This document shows, piece by piece, positions 62,399 through 64,000 of a stretch of 64,000 nucleotides of DNA. Under the pieces are notes generated by a model. The model saw only the letters and a list, made by a program, of their open reading frames with translations, ran no database searches and had not been told where the DNA came from. The stretch's first letter is position 1. Each line of letters opens with the position of its first letter. Where the stretch lies: NCBI GenBank assembly GCA_964016885.1, contig OZ024764.1, forward strand, positions 16,554,001 through 16,618,000. Reading direction: 5' to 3'. The translations under genes and the position numbers were made by a program. This DNA is from Eledone cirrhosa. Its lineage: Eukaryota.

Positions 62399-63241
62399 GT
62401 ACGTTATTCCGGGTTGAATCGGAGGTAACCACAGTAAGTAAGGTACTCAATACATTGCAGAGTATAAAAGTTTTAATAAGATTCCTGAGATGATAGGGAC
62501 TGGGGTCCCTATCATTCCACTGCAAAGTGGTCGTGGAGGTGCCACGGCAAAAAAAGCACCCATCACTCACTGTAAATGAGGTTGGTGTTAGGAAGGGCAT
62601 CCAGCTGTAGAAATCAAGCCAGAATCAGTTCCTGTATGAGCAAGGCATGGTCAGCCGACCAGACACTGCCCACAACAGGACAACCCGTCTAACCCATGCT
62701 AGCGTGGAAGAACGGACGTAAAACGGTGATGATGATGATGATTTCTGATTTAGGCACAAGGCCAGCAATTTTATGGGAAAGGGGCAAAAGTTGATTAAAT
62801 CAACCCCCAGTGCATTACTGGTATTTCATTTTATAATACCCTAAAAAATTGAATAAAACATTGGTTAGGCAATACATGTATGACAACATTGAAACACCAT
62901 AGTGGTGGTGGTGACAGTTGACAGAGAGAAAGGTGGTGTGTATGGTGTAGTGTGAACAGCTACAAGGATAGGGGGTATAAGGGGTTAGCTATTAATACAT
63001 GCAGGTTCAACATTGCCAGCATTCCCAAAGAAAACAAAACAGAAAAAAACAAAAAAAAACAACATCTCAAACTGCAGTAGTAGTAGTGGTGGTAGGAGGG
63101 GAGAGGGGGGGGGGGGGGGTCGGGGTTAGGGACACACCGTGACTTTCTTACCCTTTCCACATCCACTGTACAGATATATATATATATTTAGATATATAAA
63201 TGTTTATATATATAAATGTATGTATATATATATATATAAAT

Positions 63242-63281
<40 letters not shown>

Positions 63282-63709
63282 GTACATATAAATGTATATG
63301 CCTTGCCTAAATATAAAGCGAAACCTACAGTCAGTAGGCACCTCTAACAAAAATACACCCCTGTCTCACTACCCCCACCCCATCCACACCACCCCTTTCA
63401 ATGTAAAGTTATGTTGGTACCACAACATCCACTCCTAAATAAATGAGGTCGTGTAGGTGTCACGACAAAAAAACACACAGTCCACGCTGTAATGTGGCCG
63501 TGTAGGTAACATGGTAAAAACCTCCCAGTCCACACTGTAAACGTGGTTGGTGTTAGGAAGGGCATCCAGCCGTAGAAAACCCGCCAGACAGTCCTATACG
63601 AGCAAGACAACCAATCTTGCCTCAAGTGGGAAAATTCCCGTCCAAACCCATGCAAGTGTGGAAGATGGACGTTAAACGATGATGATATACATACATATAC
63701 ATATAAATG

Positions 63710-63740
<31 letters not shown>

Positions 63741-64000
63741 ATATACATATACATATATATGTATACACATGTGTGTGTGCGTATATATATGCATGTGTGT
63801 GTGTGTATGTATGTTCATTTTTTATCATTTTCATCATTTTACATCCACTTTTCCCTGCTTGCAAGGGTGGGATGGGAACTGATTCTGGCTTGATTTCTAC
63901 AGCTGGATGCCCTTCCTAACACCAACCTCATTTACAGTGAGTGCTGGGAGCTTTTTTGCCGTGGCACCTCCACGACCACTTTGCAGTGGAATGATAGGGA

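Overview
Repeat-rich, AT-rich metazoan genomic DNA, most likely an octopod cephalopod (inferred from the SINE types). 402-28125 (+) carries the last 22 coding exons (about 1250 aa; the gene starts upstream of the window) of a protein with a seven-repeat RCC1 propeller and a C-terminal CxH...CxxC motif, probably a claret/GLO-4-type Rab GEF. Every junction is GT-AG and phase-compatible. Introns and the rest of the window hold microsatellites, transposon-born minisatellites, SINEs, LINE remnants (RTE, R4/Dong, Tx1/L1, Vingi-like, CR1-like) and a Penelope-like element. About eight minimal type I hammerhead ribozyme motifs can be read by eye, several in fold-back cassettes. The most unusual part is 32-47 kb. 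A roughly 7.9-kb inverted duplication carries two identical copies of a 163-nt structured RNA candidate with Pol III features (TATA, A/B boxes, terminal stem, cUUCGg loop, T5; vault/VA-like architecture). Each copy is followed by a fixed-spacing promoter-like module that occurs five times in the window and by a TCT-like non-coding first exon; the two units point at each other across a strand-polarised spacer. All calls come from manual reading; no searches or folding programs were run.
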